Source of the DNA: Chiloscyllium plagiosum
Taxonomy: Eukaryota
Assembly (NCBI RefSeq): GCF_004010195.1
Contig: NC_057719.1
Location: 63,574,602 to 63,638,601 of the forward strand
Length of the DNA: 64,000 nucleotides
Direction of reading: 5' to 3'
Positions 24,553 through 37,469 of this stretch are shown here, in pieces. The first letter of the stretch is position 1. The number at the start of each line of letters is the position of its first letter. A program made the translations under genes and the position numbers. The notes under the pieces were generated by a model, which made no database searches, was not told the DNA's origin, and saw nothing but the letters and a program-made list of their open reading frames with translations.

Positions 24553-26395
24553 GGAGGAGACATGAGAAAATGTTGGTGGATAGGATCAGGGTAAACCCTA
24601 AGGCTTTCTACAGGTATTTAAGGAAGAAAAGAATGACTAGAGTAAGTTTAGGGCCAATCAAGTATAGTGGTGGGAAGTTGTGTGTGGAGTCAGAGGAGAT
24701 ACGGGAAGCACTAAATGAATATTTTTCAACAGTATTCACTCTAGAAAATGACAATGTTGTCGAGGAGAATACTGAGGTACTGGCTACTAGACTAGGTATG
24801 ATTGAGGTTCACAAGGAAGTGGTATTAGAAATCCTGCAGAGTGTGAAAGTAGATAAGTCCCCTGGGCTGGATGGGATTTATCCTACAATCCTCTGGGAAG
24901 CCAGGGAGGAGATTGCTGAGCCTTTGGCATCGATCTTTAAATCGTCATTGTCTACAGGAATAGTGCCAGAAGACTGGAGGATAGCAAATGTGGTTCCCCT
25001 GCTCAAGAAGGGGAGTAGAGACAACCCTGGTAATTATAGACCAGTGAGCCTTACTTCAGTTGTTGGTAAAGTGTTGGAAAAGGTTATAAGATAGGATTTA
25101 TAATCAGCTAGAAAAGAATAATTTGATTAGGGATAGTCAGCATGGTTTATGTGAAGGGTAGGTCGTGCTTCACAAACCTTATTGAGTTCTTTGAGAAGGT
25201 GACCAAACAGGTAGATGAGAGTAAACCGGTGCATGTGGTGTATATGGATTTCAGCAAGACGTTCGATAAGCTTCCCCACAATAGGCTATTGTACAAAATG
25301 CGGAGGAATGGGATTGTGGGAGATATAGCAGTTTGTATCAGTAATTGGCTTGCTGAAGGAAGACAGAGGGTAGTGGTTGATGGTAAATGTTCATCTTAGA
25401 GTCCAGTTACCAGTGGTGTACCACAAGGGTCGGTGTTGGGTTTACTGCTGTTCGTCATTTTTATAAACGACCTGGATGACGGTGGGTTAGTAAATTTGCA
25501 GACGACAGTAAGTTCGGTGGAGTTGTGGATAGTGACGAAGGATGTTGTAGGTTACAGAGAGACATAGATAAGCTGCAGAGCTGGGCTGAGAGGTGGCAAA
25601 TGGAGTTTAATGCGGACAAGTGTGAGGTGATTCACTTTGGTCGGAGTAACCGGAATGCAAAGTACTGGGCTAATGGTAAGATCCTTGGTAGTGTAGATGA
25701 GTAGAGAGATCTTTGTGTCCATGTACACAGATCCTTGAAAGTTGCCACCCAGGTTGACAGGGTTGTTAAGAAGGCTTACAGTGTTTTAGCTTTTATTAAT
25801 GGAGGGATCGAGTTCCTGAACCATGAGGTTATGCTGCAGCTGTACAAAACTCTGGTGCGGCCGCACTTGGAGTATTGTGTACAGTTCTGGTCACCGCATT
25901 ATAAGAAGGATGTGGAAGCTTTGGAAAAGGTGCAGAGGAGATTTACTAGGATGTTGTCTGGTATGGAGGGAAGGTCTTACGAGGAAAGGCTGAGGGACCT
26001 GAGCCTGCTTTCATTAGAGAGAAAAAGGTTGAGAGGTGACTTAATAGAGACATATAAGATAATCAGAGGGTTAGATAGGGTGGACATGGACAGCCTTTTT
26101 CCAAGTATGGGGACAGCGAGCACGAGGAGGCATAGCTTTGAATTGAGGGCTGATAGATATAGGAGAGATGTCAGAGGTAATTTCTTTACTCAGGGAGTAG
26201 TAAGGGTACGGAATGCTTTGCCTGCAATGGTAGTAGATTCGCCAATTTTAAGTACATTTTAGTCGTCATTAGACAAGCATATGGACGTACATGGAATAGT
26301 GTAGGTTAGATGGGCTTCAGATTGGTATGACAGGTCGGCGCAAGATCGAGGGCCGAAGGGCCTGTACTGCACTGTAATGTTCTATGTTCTATGTT
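24553..26395 (+). mobile_element. CR1 LINE, 5'-truncated, RT with stops and frameshifts
   Basis: KSPGLDGI, WRIANVVP, NYRPVSLTS, YMDFSKTFD, RPHLEYCVQFWSP motifs and an (atgttct)n tail. Confidence 0.95.
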
Positions 26396-27249
26396 AGGAT
26401 TGATAGGGTATCTGCTTTTTAAATGTTGAATCCCATCAATGTGTTGAACCCGTGATATACTCAGTGTTTTTGAGGTGATTTTGAAAGTGATCAATTTATA
26501 ATTGGTGAACAAAACTTGCCATTACTATTGTATCTAGTATATGTTTGTTAGAAATGCAGATACATTGATGTAGGTCTCGTAAATGATGATGTATAATTAT
26601 GTATTTTGCAATAACATGAGCCACTGTCTGATTGTTATAATTTATTTTAATTTGTGTTTTAGAACTTGAATGAACTTGGTTACTTCAATACTTGCAGTAT
26701 TATTTTCAAATCAAAGCTTTATCCACTTGCTGTGCTTATTTTTGATTTATCTTTTAAGAATGGGCATGTGAAAGTACAGTTATTAGTGCTATTACACTGA
26801 AATAATGAGCAAACTTGATTCCGCCTTGGATTCAAAAGTAGTTGCATTGATTTTCTCTCTCTGTTTGTAAATGATGTTATTCTTTCACAAAATGACACTT
26901 TTGAATGTAATCTAATCACAGGGCTCATGACTTAGAAGAATGATTTCAGATTTTTTTGTAAATGCAGGTTGGAAAGTGAAGTCACAGCTATCAGTTTTGC
27001 TAGTTCAACAGCATATCTTTTTTCTGAACATGATATTTGAATTTAACAAGTATGATTGATCCTCTGATTCTACAATTTCTGTAGCATTTGGAAATGAGAT
27101 GGATACATACTAGTTGCATGATTTATTGTGATGTTTGTATAGTTGATTTGTAGCATGTTTCTGGTTAAAATTACAACCATTGAGCTTAGGAATGTGAGCA
27201 TCACGTCTTGGACTAGTTTAATAAGATGAATTTTGTTGTATCTACTTTA

Positions 27250-28130
27250 GTGATACTAATCCAGAACAGTGACTCTGCTCTGCTGTTAGTATCACAGATC
27301 TGAATTGTGGCAGCATTTGTCGTATTGTGTTGACTGGATCAATACAAACTAGCTTCAGCTTTAGTGGAGATCTGTCATGGAGTCAACTCACCCTTTGAGG
27401 GGAGGTGGCGTTTCAGATGCAAAATAATATTCAAAGGGGATCCAGTAGAGTTGAAATGAATCATCTGCTCAAGGCACTGTGGTTATTTTACCTGTTCTTT
27501 GTTTTTGTCATTTACATATACAAATTCCTGAGCCTAATGGCCAATTATTTCAAGAGTTTGCTGCATTGTAAAAACATTCCCTTTTTTCCCTTATGTTCAA
27601 CAATTCACAACTTTCCAGATCCTCTGTTCAACTATACCAGTAATAGATTCTTTGTAAAATTGTACCCTAGCCCCAGACATGGCAATAGTGACCCTTGGGA
27701 TAATTACAGCTCATCTTTAGCTTCAAGCGTTTAACTGGGAATAAATTAGGTTTGACAGTCCCTTTGTATGTATTAGTAAAGGTGGTTAATTTTACAGCTT
27801 CAGTCATCTAACTGCCTATAAATCCTTTCTGTTGTTATTAGGTGCAACTAATTATTCAAGGATTACTTTGTTTAATCATTCAGTCCCTAAAGATGATAAT
27901 GCAGAGGATAATTCAAAAGTAAAGCTGGCTTCTAATTGTAGCTCCATCTCATTTTGTAATTGGATGAGAGACAATTAATTTCTGCAGTAATGGAGACATT
28001 CAGCCTGTAATTTTTATGAAGGTGGTTTAAACTGCAGAGCAGAGTCACTGTTCTGGATTAGTATCACAGATCTGAATTGTGACAGCATTTGTCAGATTGT
28101 GTTGACTGGATCAATACAAACTAGCTTCAG
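27250..28130. repeat. Local duplication: 73 bp direct (27286-27358 = 28058-28130) plus 34 bp inverted (27250-27283 = rc 28034-28067)
   Basis: Direct comparison gives 70/73 and 34/34 identity. Confidence 0.9.
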
Positions 28131-28555
28131 TGGCTCATTTCTTTCTTTCTTAAATTTCTAAATGAGATTTTCAAACTGGGAGAGAGCATGTAAGCATGTC
28201 TAATGGGTTAAGTTATAAATTTTTCCACACAAAAGGAGGGAAATGCTGTCGTTGTAAAATATTTCTTTCCACGTAGCATCTTCCTGCTTTTTTTCCAACA
28301 ATTTTCAAGCTTAGAAAGACTGCTGTATGACTTTCTACCATGCCCAGGAGATGACCATTACTTTAACTGGAAGTAGACATGTTTTTTTCCTTGTTAGGTA
28401 CAGGAATCCTCTTGGAACATATTTTCTTGCTGACATTGATTAGTGCATGCATTTTTAAAAATAAAGTACAGATTGGTTGGAAAATGTTTTAGGACTTTGA
28501 GCATAGTTGCTGCTGAGTTTTGCTATGTCCATCAAATTTTTATTTTAGTGTGCAG

Positions 28556-28910
28556 TTGAATTGAATTTATTGTCACATGTACCAAGGCACAGTGAAAAGC
28601 TTTGTTTTGCGAGCAATACAGGCAGATCACAGAGTTAAGTAGCATAGATAAGTAAATAATAGGTACACAGCGGCAAAAAACAAAAAGACAGGTACAGGCG
28701 AATGTTAAGAGTTTGTGAGTCCATTCAGTATTCTACCAACAGTAGGATAGAATCTGTTTCGAAACCGGCTGGTGCATGTGTTCAGGCTTCTGTACCTTCT
28801 CCCCGTCGGTAGAGGTTGTAGAAAGCATTGCCAGGGTGGGATGGATCTTTGAGAATGCTGGCGGCCTTTCCTTGACAGTGGGCCTGGTAGATGGATTCTA
28901 TAGATGGGAG
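28556..28910 (-). mobile_element. Rex1/Babar-type LINE 3' end
   Basis: Reverse strand KDPSHPG...LPTGRRYRSLNTCTSRFRN and terminus gtgacaataaattcaattc. Confidence 0.7.
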
Positions 28911-29209
28911 ATTTCCTCGTTCTGCTTTCTGCAGCAGCTAAACATAGAAAAGGGTGGATATGTCATAAATATTTGTGTGGTTTTACATGTTGTAAAGTAT
29001 TCTTGGAGTGCGCTGAACTAAAAATTTTTTTAGTATCATGTAAATAATGCAAATACAAAGCCAGTGCTACTGTTTAAAATTCTGCCCAATCTGAAAAAGT
29101 TTGTTGTTTATGAAAAGTAATCTTTGTTTTTTTCATGTTCCTATCTATCACGGATAGCTGCTGAAATCATCTTGAATTCAGTCTCGTTGATCACTCCCAT
29201 AAGCATATT

Positions 29210-29495
29210 GTTGTCCACACCGCCTCTCCAAAGAGTATCCCATCCAGATCTAACTGCCTACCCTATTCATGTAACCCTACATTTCCAATGGCTAATCCAT
29301 CTAACCTTCACATCCCTGGATGCTATGGGCAATTTAGCATGGCCAATCTGCTTCACAATGGGAGGAAACCAGAGCACCCAGAGGAAACCCACAGAGACAC
29401 TGGGAGAATGTGCAAACATCACGCAAGCCAGGGGTGGGATTAAACTGGGTCCCTGGCACTGTGGGGTAGTAGTGCTAACCCCTAGGTCACCATGC
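29210..29495 (-). mobile_element. HE1-type V-SINE (diverged)
   Basis: Similar to the other HE1 copies. Confidence 0.8.
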
Positions 29496-30319
29496 TGACC
29501 AATGAGCAGTCTCAATGTTTTAGTTTTATCAGATGTAACTCACACATTTACATTTGCTTGTACACTAGCATAGCTTATGAGCATAATAATAGCAGCCTCT
29601 TGCAATCCAGCCTGGATATTTGTGTCCCGTACATGGTGTTCTTCGATCTCACTGTATTCACACCAATTTAATATTTAGTGAGATGAGATTGATATAAATG
29701 TTACATGGTTCAGCCAACTCACATACAAGCATCATCTGATTGACATAATCAATCTTCACACCATTATGCAAATTAATAAAAACACCATACTTAGGCATAC
29801 AGGTGAATCATGTTTTTTGCTTAAATAAGATGGTAATTGACTATTCTTTGGCATTTATGACATCTTCACTTCAGCTAAAGTTATTGCAGCTTTTTCTTCT
29901 CTAAAACTAACAGTTGCCACTGCTTTTCTGCTTAAAACCCTCTCTGCCTCATCAGCTTACCTCTCAAAGAGACTTCCCCATTCTTTTCCTCTGTCCCTCC
30001 ACTGAGAGGCCTGAGGTTATCACCAAAATGAATCTGAGATCTTTTCATTAGCTCGTCTTTATAGATTTTTATAAAAGTTCTATTTATTCAGTAACTCAAA
30101 TATAGGACTTTCTCTTCGTGTATTAACCACTTAGCAGCCAGACCTTTTTTGTAATCTTGTAGGATTACACTTTGCTTTTAAAAAAAAGCATTATAAACAA
30201 TGCATATTTTCAAATCTTTGTGTCGGAAAGAAAGTGTAATGATTCTGATGCTTGGCAGTGCACCTGCAGCATTTATCATTATTTCCAACATAAATATTTC
30301 CCTAGAATGTAGGATTTTG

Positions 30320-30730
30320 CCTGTTCACAGAATTATGAATTTTTACAGCACAGAAGAGACCACGTGGCCCATCATGCCAGTGCTGTCTCTCCAAATGAAC
30401 AGGACACCGCCTTCTCCCCATAACAGTACACATTCCTCCTTTACAGATAATAATCCAATTTCCTCTTGAATGCCTCAATTGAACCTTGCCTCCACCACAA
30501 TCCAGTACATTCCAGATTTTCACCACTCCTTGTGGTTTTCCTTCTGATTCCATCACTTCTCTTGTCAATTACCTTAAACCGATGCTCTTTTGTTCTTGAT
30601 TCTTAGATAAGTAGGAATAGTTTTCCCTATCTACTCAGTCCAGATACCTCACTATTTTAAATATTTCTAACAAATCTCCTGTCAACGATCTTTTCTCAAT
30701 TTCTCCAATCTATCTATTAAACTAATTCTA
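30320..30730 (-). mobile_element. Old CR1 3' fragment
   Basis: Resembles the reverse complement of 3600-3940. Confidence 0.55.
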
Positions 30731-31049
30731 ATTCCAGGCAGTACCTTTCTTATTAAATGGATGGTACTGCATAATGGGAGACCATCTGGGTTATTGTGTT
30801 GCAGTAGCTTTGAATAGAGCTATCTATGTAGTGCCACTCCTTTACTCTTTCCTCTTAACCAATGTGTTCCCTCTTACATCTGTTCGCCTTGTATGGTCAG
30901 CTTGGTGTAATGCACAATCACATATACTTAAAAACAAAGTTGCTTGTTGCACAGCCTGTTTATTTCCTGCCTCATCCATCCCTAATTGCTTGAGCACATA
31001 TTTGTGTGTCTTGAGGGGAACATATTTCAAGTGAAGAAATTTCATTTAA

Positions 31050-31405
31050 TAGTGAGACGCAGGCAATTCAACCCATCGAGTTGACATCGACCTTCTGAAG
31101 AGCATCCCGCAAAGAACCCCCCACCCCACCCCACCCCGCGTCTCCATCCCTGTGACCCTCCATTTCCAATGTCTAATCCACCTAACCTGCACAACTCTGA
31201 ATGCAGTGGGCAATTTAGTATGGCCAATGCACCTAACCTGCACATGCTTGGACTGTGGGAGGAAACCGGAGCACCCGGAGGAAACCCGCGCAGACACGGG
31301 GAGAACGTACAAACTCCACACAGACAGTCACCTAAAGTTGGAATTGAACCCGGGTCCCTGGCGCTGTGTGGCAGCAGTGCTAACCACTGAGCTACCATGC
31401 TGCCC
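31050..31405 (-). mobile_element. HE1-type V-SINE
   Basis: Head, V-domain and tail on the reverse strand. Confidence 0.88.
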
Positions 31406-32148
31406 TTATTTATCCAGATATTTTTTGACATTTATTAATCTCTCAAATATTTTCCTTTACTCTCTTGCTCTCTGAAGACAAATAAGACTGAGTGTCCTGG
31501 GTATCCACCAGGACATTTCCTAGTAACCTGAGAGCTGTTTCCTGTGCTGAAAGACTGTGGCAAGTTTGTGTTGTTTCAGAGGAAGAGACAAATAATGTGA
31601 AATTTCCAGCAGAGCCCAGTCAATGAACATTCATATAATTACAAAAACAGAAATTGTTGGAGAATCTTAGAAGGTAAGGTGGAGGCATCTGTGGAGAGAA
31701 AACAGAGTTCATATTTCAAGTCCAGTGACCCTTCATCAGGACATTTATAATTATACCCATTCTTTTGGGCATTTTCAAGAAACATCTTCTGTGTGTCATA
31801 AGGTCTGCTGCTTCAATATTTTGATGAAGCAGAAAATGTTTGTAATTGCATACACACTTCACTTGATATCAGAAAATAAATATTAATTTATCTCCATTAA
31901 ATTTGTGGTTATTTCCTGTATGTTTCATTTTCGCTTGATAACATTTGATTTAGGAGAGTTTCAAATTGCTCTTGTTCAAGTAGGTCATTGCTTAATTTAG
32001 ACGAACAGCATTTGCTTCATTTTTGAAGTGCCTGTGACACTGTAACCACTTCAGTTTCTGTTGAGGTTGTATTGTAAAGCAAAAATAAATCTCACATTCA
32101 CACTCAAAATGACCAGTTTTGCCCTGTATGTTCCAGGCTTCAATGTTT

Positions 32149-34930
32149 TAGAACATAGAACAGTACAGCATACATCAGGCCCTTCAGCCCGCGATGTTGT
32201 GCCGACCATTGATCCTCATATGAGGTAAACCTAATGTACGAACTCTCAAATTTCTGTGACCATATGCATGTCCAGCAGTCTCTTAAATATCCCCAATGAT
32301 CTCGCTTCCACAACTGCTGCTGGCAATGCAGTCCATGCTCTCACAACTCTATGCATAAAGAACCCACCTCTAACATCCCCTCTATACTTTCTGCTTAAAA
32401 CTATGACCCCTCATGTTAACAATTTCTGCCCTGGGAAAAAGTCTCTGTCTATCAACACTATCTATGCCTCTCATTATCTTGCACACCTCAATTAGGTCCC
32501 CTCTCTTTCTTCTTTTTCCAATGAAAAATGTCCGAGCTCAGTCAACCTCTCTTCGTAAGACAAGTCCTCCATTCCCGGCAGCATCCTGGTAAATCTCCTC
32601 TGAACCCTCTCCAAAGCATCCACATCTTTCCTATAATAGGGTGACCAGAACTGGACACAGTATTCCAAGTGCGGTCTAACCAAAGTTTTATAGAGCTGCA
32701 ACAAGATCTCACGGCTCTTAAACTCAATCCCCCTGTTAATGAAAGCCAAAATACCATATGCTTTCTTAACAACCCTGTCAACCTGGGTGGCAATTTTAAG
32801 AGATCTATGCACCTGCACACCAAGATCCCGCTGTTCCTCCACACTGCCAAGAATCCTGTCTTTAATCCTGTACTCAACTTTCAAGTTCGACCTTCCAAAA
32901 TGCATCACTTCGCATTTATCCAGGTTGAACTCCATCTGCCACCTCTCAGCCCATTTCTGTGTCCTGTCAATGTTATGCTGCAGCTTACAACAGTCCTCTA
33001 TACTGTCAACGACACCTCCAACCTTTGTGGCGTCTGCAAACTTGCTAACCCATCCTTCAATCTCCTCATCCAAGTCATTAATAAAAATTACAAACAGTAG
33101 AGGTCCAAGAACAGAGCCCTGTGGAACACCACTCACCACTGACTTCCAGGCAGAATATTTTCCTTCCACTACCACTCGCTGTCTTCTGTCAACCAGCCAA
33201 TTCTGTATCCAGACAGCTAAATTTCCCTGTATCCCATTCCTCCTGACCTTCTGAACGAGCCTACCATGGGGAACCTTATCAAATGCCTTACTGATGTCCA
33301 TATACACAACATCCACCACTCGACCCTCATCAATTTGACTAGTAACATCCTCAAAGAACTCAATAAGATTTGTGAAGCATGGCCTGCCCCTCACAAAGCC
33401 GTGCTGACTGCCTTTAATCAAGCCATGCTCTTCCAGATGGTCATAAACCCAATCCTTCAGAATCCTTTCTAACACCTTGCAGACGACAGACGTGAGACTG
33501 ACTGTTGTGGAATTGCCGGGGATTTCCCTATTTCCTTTTTTGAAGAGAGGAATTACATTTGTCTCCCTCCAGTCCTCTGGTACGACTCCAGTGGAGAGCG
33601 AGGATGCAAAGATCTTTGCAAGCGGCGAAGCAATCACATTTCTCGCTTCCCAAAGCAGCCGAGGACAAATCTGGTCTGACCCTGGCGACTTGTCAATCTT
33701 AATGTTTGTCAAAATTTTCAACACATCAACTTCCTCAATCTCTATCCGTTCCAGCATGCTTACCTGTTCCTCAATGGTTTCATTCACTACAAGGTCCTTT
33801 TCTTTAGTAAAGACAGAAGCAAAAAACTCATTTAGGGCTTCTCCTACCTCCTCAGACTCTATACACAAGTTCCCTATGGTATTCCTGATCGGCCCTACTC
33901 TCTCTTTGATCATTCTCTTATTCCTCACATACTTGTAAGATGCTTTTGGATTCCCCCCTAATCCTTCCTGCCAAGCCTTTTTTGCGCCCCCTTCTGGCTC
34001 TCAGACCATTTTTGAGCTCCTTCCTCGCCTGCCTGTAATCCTCTAGAGCTGAGCAAGATCCTTACTTCCTCCACCTTACATAAGCTGCCTTCTTTCTTTT
34101 GATGAGAAGCTCCTCCGCTCTCGTCTTCCAAAGTTCCTTTATCTTACCCCTTCTTGCCTGTCTCAGAGGAACACATTTGTGCATCACTTGCAACAACTGT
34201 TCCTTAAACAGTCTCCACATGTCTATAGTGCCTTTTCCAAGGAATAATTGCTCCCAGTCCATGCTTTACAATGCACGTCTGATAGTATCGTAGATTCCTT
34301 TTACCCAATTAAATATCCTCCCATTGTTTCTGCTTCTCTCCTTCTCCATAGCTTTGTAGAATGTGAGGCAGTTGTGATCATTATCCCCAAAATGCTCTCC
34401 CACCGCAAGATCTGACACCTGCCCTGGCTCATTGCCGAGCACCAAATCCAAAATCGCCTCTTCCCTTGTCGGCCTGTCAAAGTACTGAGTTAGGAAACCC
34501 TCCTGAACACACCTTACAAAAACAGCTCCTTCCAAACCATCTGCTCGAAGGAGGTTCCAATCAATATTGGGAAAGTTAAAGTCACCCATTACAACTACCC
34601 TACTACATTCACACTTTTCCAAAATTTGCCGACCTATGCTTTCTTCAATCTCCCAGCTGCTATTGGGGGGCCTGCAGTAAACCCCTATTGAGGTGACTGC
34701 TCCCTTACTGTTCCGAATTTCCACCCATACTGACTCAAGCAGACCCTCCTCGACAATGGTAACCTCTGTAGCTGTGATACCCTCTCTGATTCGCAATACT
34801 ACACCCCCTCCTCTTTTTCCCCCCTCCCTATTCTTTTTAAATGTTCTAAATCCTGGAACATCCAGCAACCATTCCTGCCCCTGAAAAACCCACGTGTCTG
34901 TTATGGCCACAACATCATAGCACCAGGTAC
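32149..34930 (-). mobile_element. CR1 LINE ORF2 (APE endonuclease plus RT), 5'-truncated and disrupted
   Basis: EN: GGGV, MGDFNFP, ILDLVL, NDHNC. 478-aa RT ORF: QHGF, GVPQGSVLGP, FADAT. Frameshifts between the pieces and a (tgttcta) tail. Confidence 0.96.
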
Positions 34931-37469
34931 TTTGTCGGATGATCAGTCTTTTGAGACAGATGCTGCTGTGAGAGACAAGCAAATAATGCCAGCCATTTGT
35001 TACACTTGCCCAGAGATCTTCTGTGGGTCTTCTGAAATCCTGTCAGCCAAATATCCAAAAAGCACAACATCCTCTCCAGAAGATCAATCCGACTGAAGAA
35101 TCATTTAAGGATAATTCCCCAGTGTCTGAACCAAGAATAGTCAGTTAGAATGGAATTGCTATGCTGTGGATGCAGGATGTCTGAAGTAAAAACAGAAAAT
35201 ACTGTAAATATTCAGCAGTTCAGGCAGCATATGTGGACCTGAGAAACTGAGTTAATTTTTCAGATCTAATGGAAGCTTATTAGGCTGAAATATTGCGCCT
35301 GTTTAAGTCTTCCCCAAATACTGCCTGCCTTACTGAGCATTTCCACCATTTCCTTTTTTTTATTGTCAGTTAGGATGTAAATATGATCTCAAATCATGTA
35401 GAGAAAGCTGAAAAAGGAAGCATAAATTGGATTCAGAGGAAGAGATAAAAGGGAAGAAAAAAATGCATAAGTGACCTGATGCTTGTCATTTTCATGCTAG
35501 GAAGGTTATTCACATGTATTTTTCACAATGTTGACATAGTTAGTTAGGCTGGAATACCGAAGCCCTAACTTGTTATCTTCAGTTTGGGTCGTATTTATGA
35601 GGTGAATTGCAGTGACTTCACATCATTAATGCATTGAATGGGCAGTTAAGCAGTGAAGTACTACTTTTCTACTTAATTCCATGTGTATATGCACAAGAAA
35701 TTGTTTTCATGTTCCATGCAAACAATAGTGACCACCATTGACCACACTATTAGAAAGTGTAAGTTCAGTTCAACATCCATTGGACTAGTTGAGGGATGTG
35801 AACTTAAATGAGCAACAGATCTTGGAATGATTACCCAGTCGACTAACTGGAAAGAAAGATATGTTTACCTTAAGAGAAATGCTCATGTAAAACTACTTTG
35901 AAAATGGATTTTGGACTGTGCATCAGACCAAACCTCAAGCACTAATTAAGGGGTTAGCTCAAATAAAGTTATCATTTTGATTGCATAAATTAAAGCAAAC
36001 AATAGCATCTGTTGGGTAACATGAAACTACTTGAGCAATCCCAGGTAATGTGTTTATTTCTGTAATTGTTGGATAGCAGCAGATGTTTACCATTATTCTA
36101 CCTTCATGTGGTGATACTTCACAGTACATTCAGGATAGCATGTGCTGTGGAACATAATCTGTGATTTGGTCTACAGGAAAGCAATTTGCATTGCTAATGG
36201 ATGATCAGGCTACGATTAATCCGCACTGTTAATTATAGTGGAGGTGAAAGATTAGAATGATCACGCAACTTAGTCAATGATAGAAAGTGGATGAACTCAT
36301 TTACATAAATGCATTTCAGAGTGGAGTACTTAGCACAATGTTGGTTCAGAATTTGCAGTTGTACAGATGATAACACTGTCAGTGTTTGCCCTATACGCTG
36401 TAAAGCTGATGATAGCATCTAGTGCTGCACTTGTACAGGCAGAAATTCCAAAAGTTCCTATGACTGATTTTGAGCTCCTTCATTCCTTCACCAGTGTGCA
36501 CTATTGCAAGACTCAAAACAGAAATCAATTAGAAAGTACTGATTTGATTTGAGCTTCTACTTTTAAAATCACTAGTGTCAGTGGAAAATCCATTGAAATA
36601 GATCATATAATTTTGAATTGTGTCGCTGGTTTTTTATAGGTGTACAAAGCCATGATTACTTTTGAATAGTTTCTCTAACCTTTGAAACCTATTCTGTATT
36701 CGTGGGATGTCAGATTTCTCTATAATGGGAGATAAAAGTTCCATAGTATTTTAAGTAAGTAATTACCTTTAAATATTTGTTTATATTTTAGCTCTTACCT
36801 TAATCCCATGTGTATGTCCTAACTTCATTTTCTCTGCTGTAAATTGAATCTTTCTTTATGAAGGATAATCAATGTGTTTGACTTGCTGCTTTGCTTTCTG
36901 AGAGGTGTTTAGCAGGATTGATTATCTAACCTGCTTGATGACCTCACTGTTACCCGACATCAGAGATTCCCTACAACTTGCACAGAATGAAAGGACATTG
37001 GGAAAGGTGAAATCTTTGCTGTAGCAATCATCATATCTTTGTGAAGTGCTTTCTTCAAGGTCAATGACGAGTACAATCACTTTACCACAGACAGCAAAGT
37101 GTGGTTTAAGACTTAATTTCACAAAACTTGGATTTATGCAGTACCTTTGAATGCAGCAAAGCACTTCATGATTAATGTCATTCCTAGTCAGCAAACATAT
37201 TTGCTGGTTTCTCAGAATTTATTCCAAAATAATTATTGCGTATTTCTGACAGGGATATTATGGCTTTAAGCTAGTAAAGGGCAACTTGAAATCAGGTGCT
37301 ATGAGTTGAATCCTGGTCCCTACATTATTGTGGTAAGGCCTCATGTGGTGCTGTGTCTCTACCTCTGAGCCAGAAGGCCTGGGTTCAACTACTAACTTCT
37401 CCAGAGGTATGTAGTAACATATCTGAACAGATTGATTAGGAAATTACATTTTTATGGTTTCTAAGTGCT

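Noticed and set aside
24366..25094. 242-aa ORF as a novel protein
   Set aside because: Chance fusion of PLE and CR1 fragments that ends at a premature stop.
32492..33928. 478-aa RT ORF as an active or domesticated gene
   Set aside because: The catalytic FADD motif reads FADA, the ORF is frameshifted from its endonuclease and the element is 5'-truncated, so this is a dead CR1 copy.
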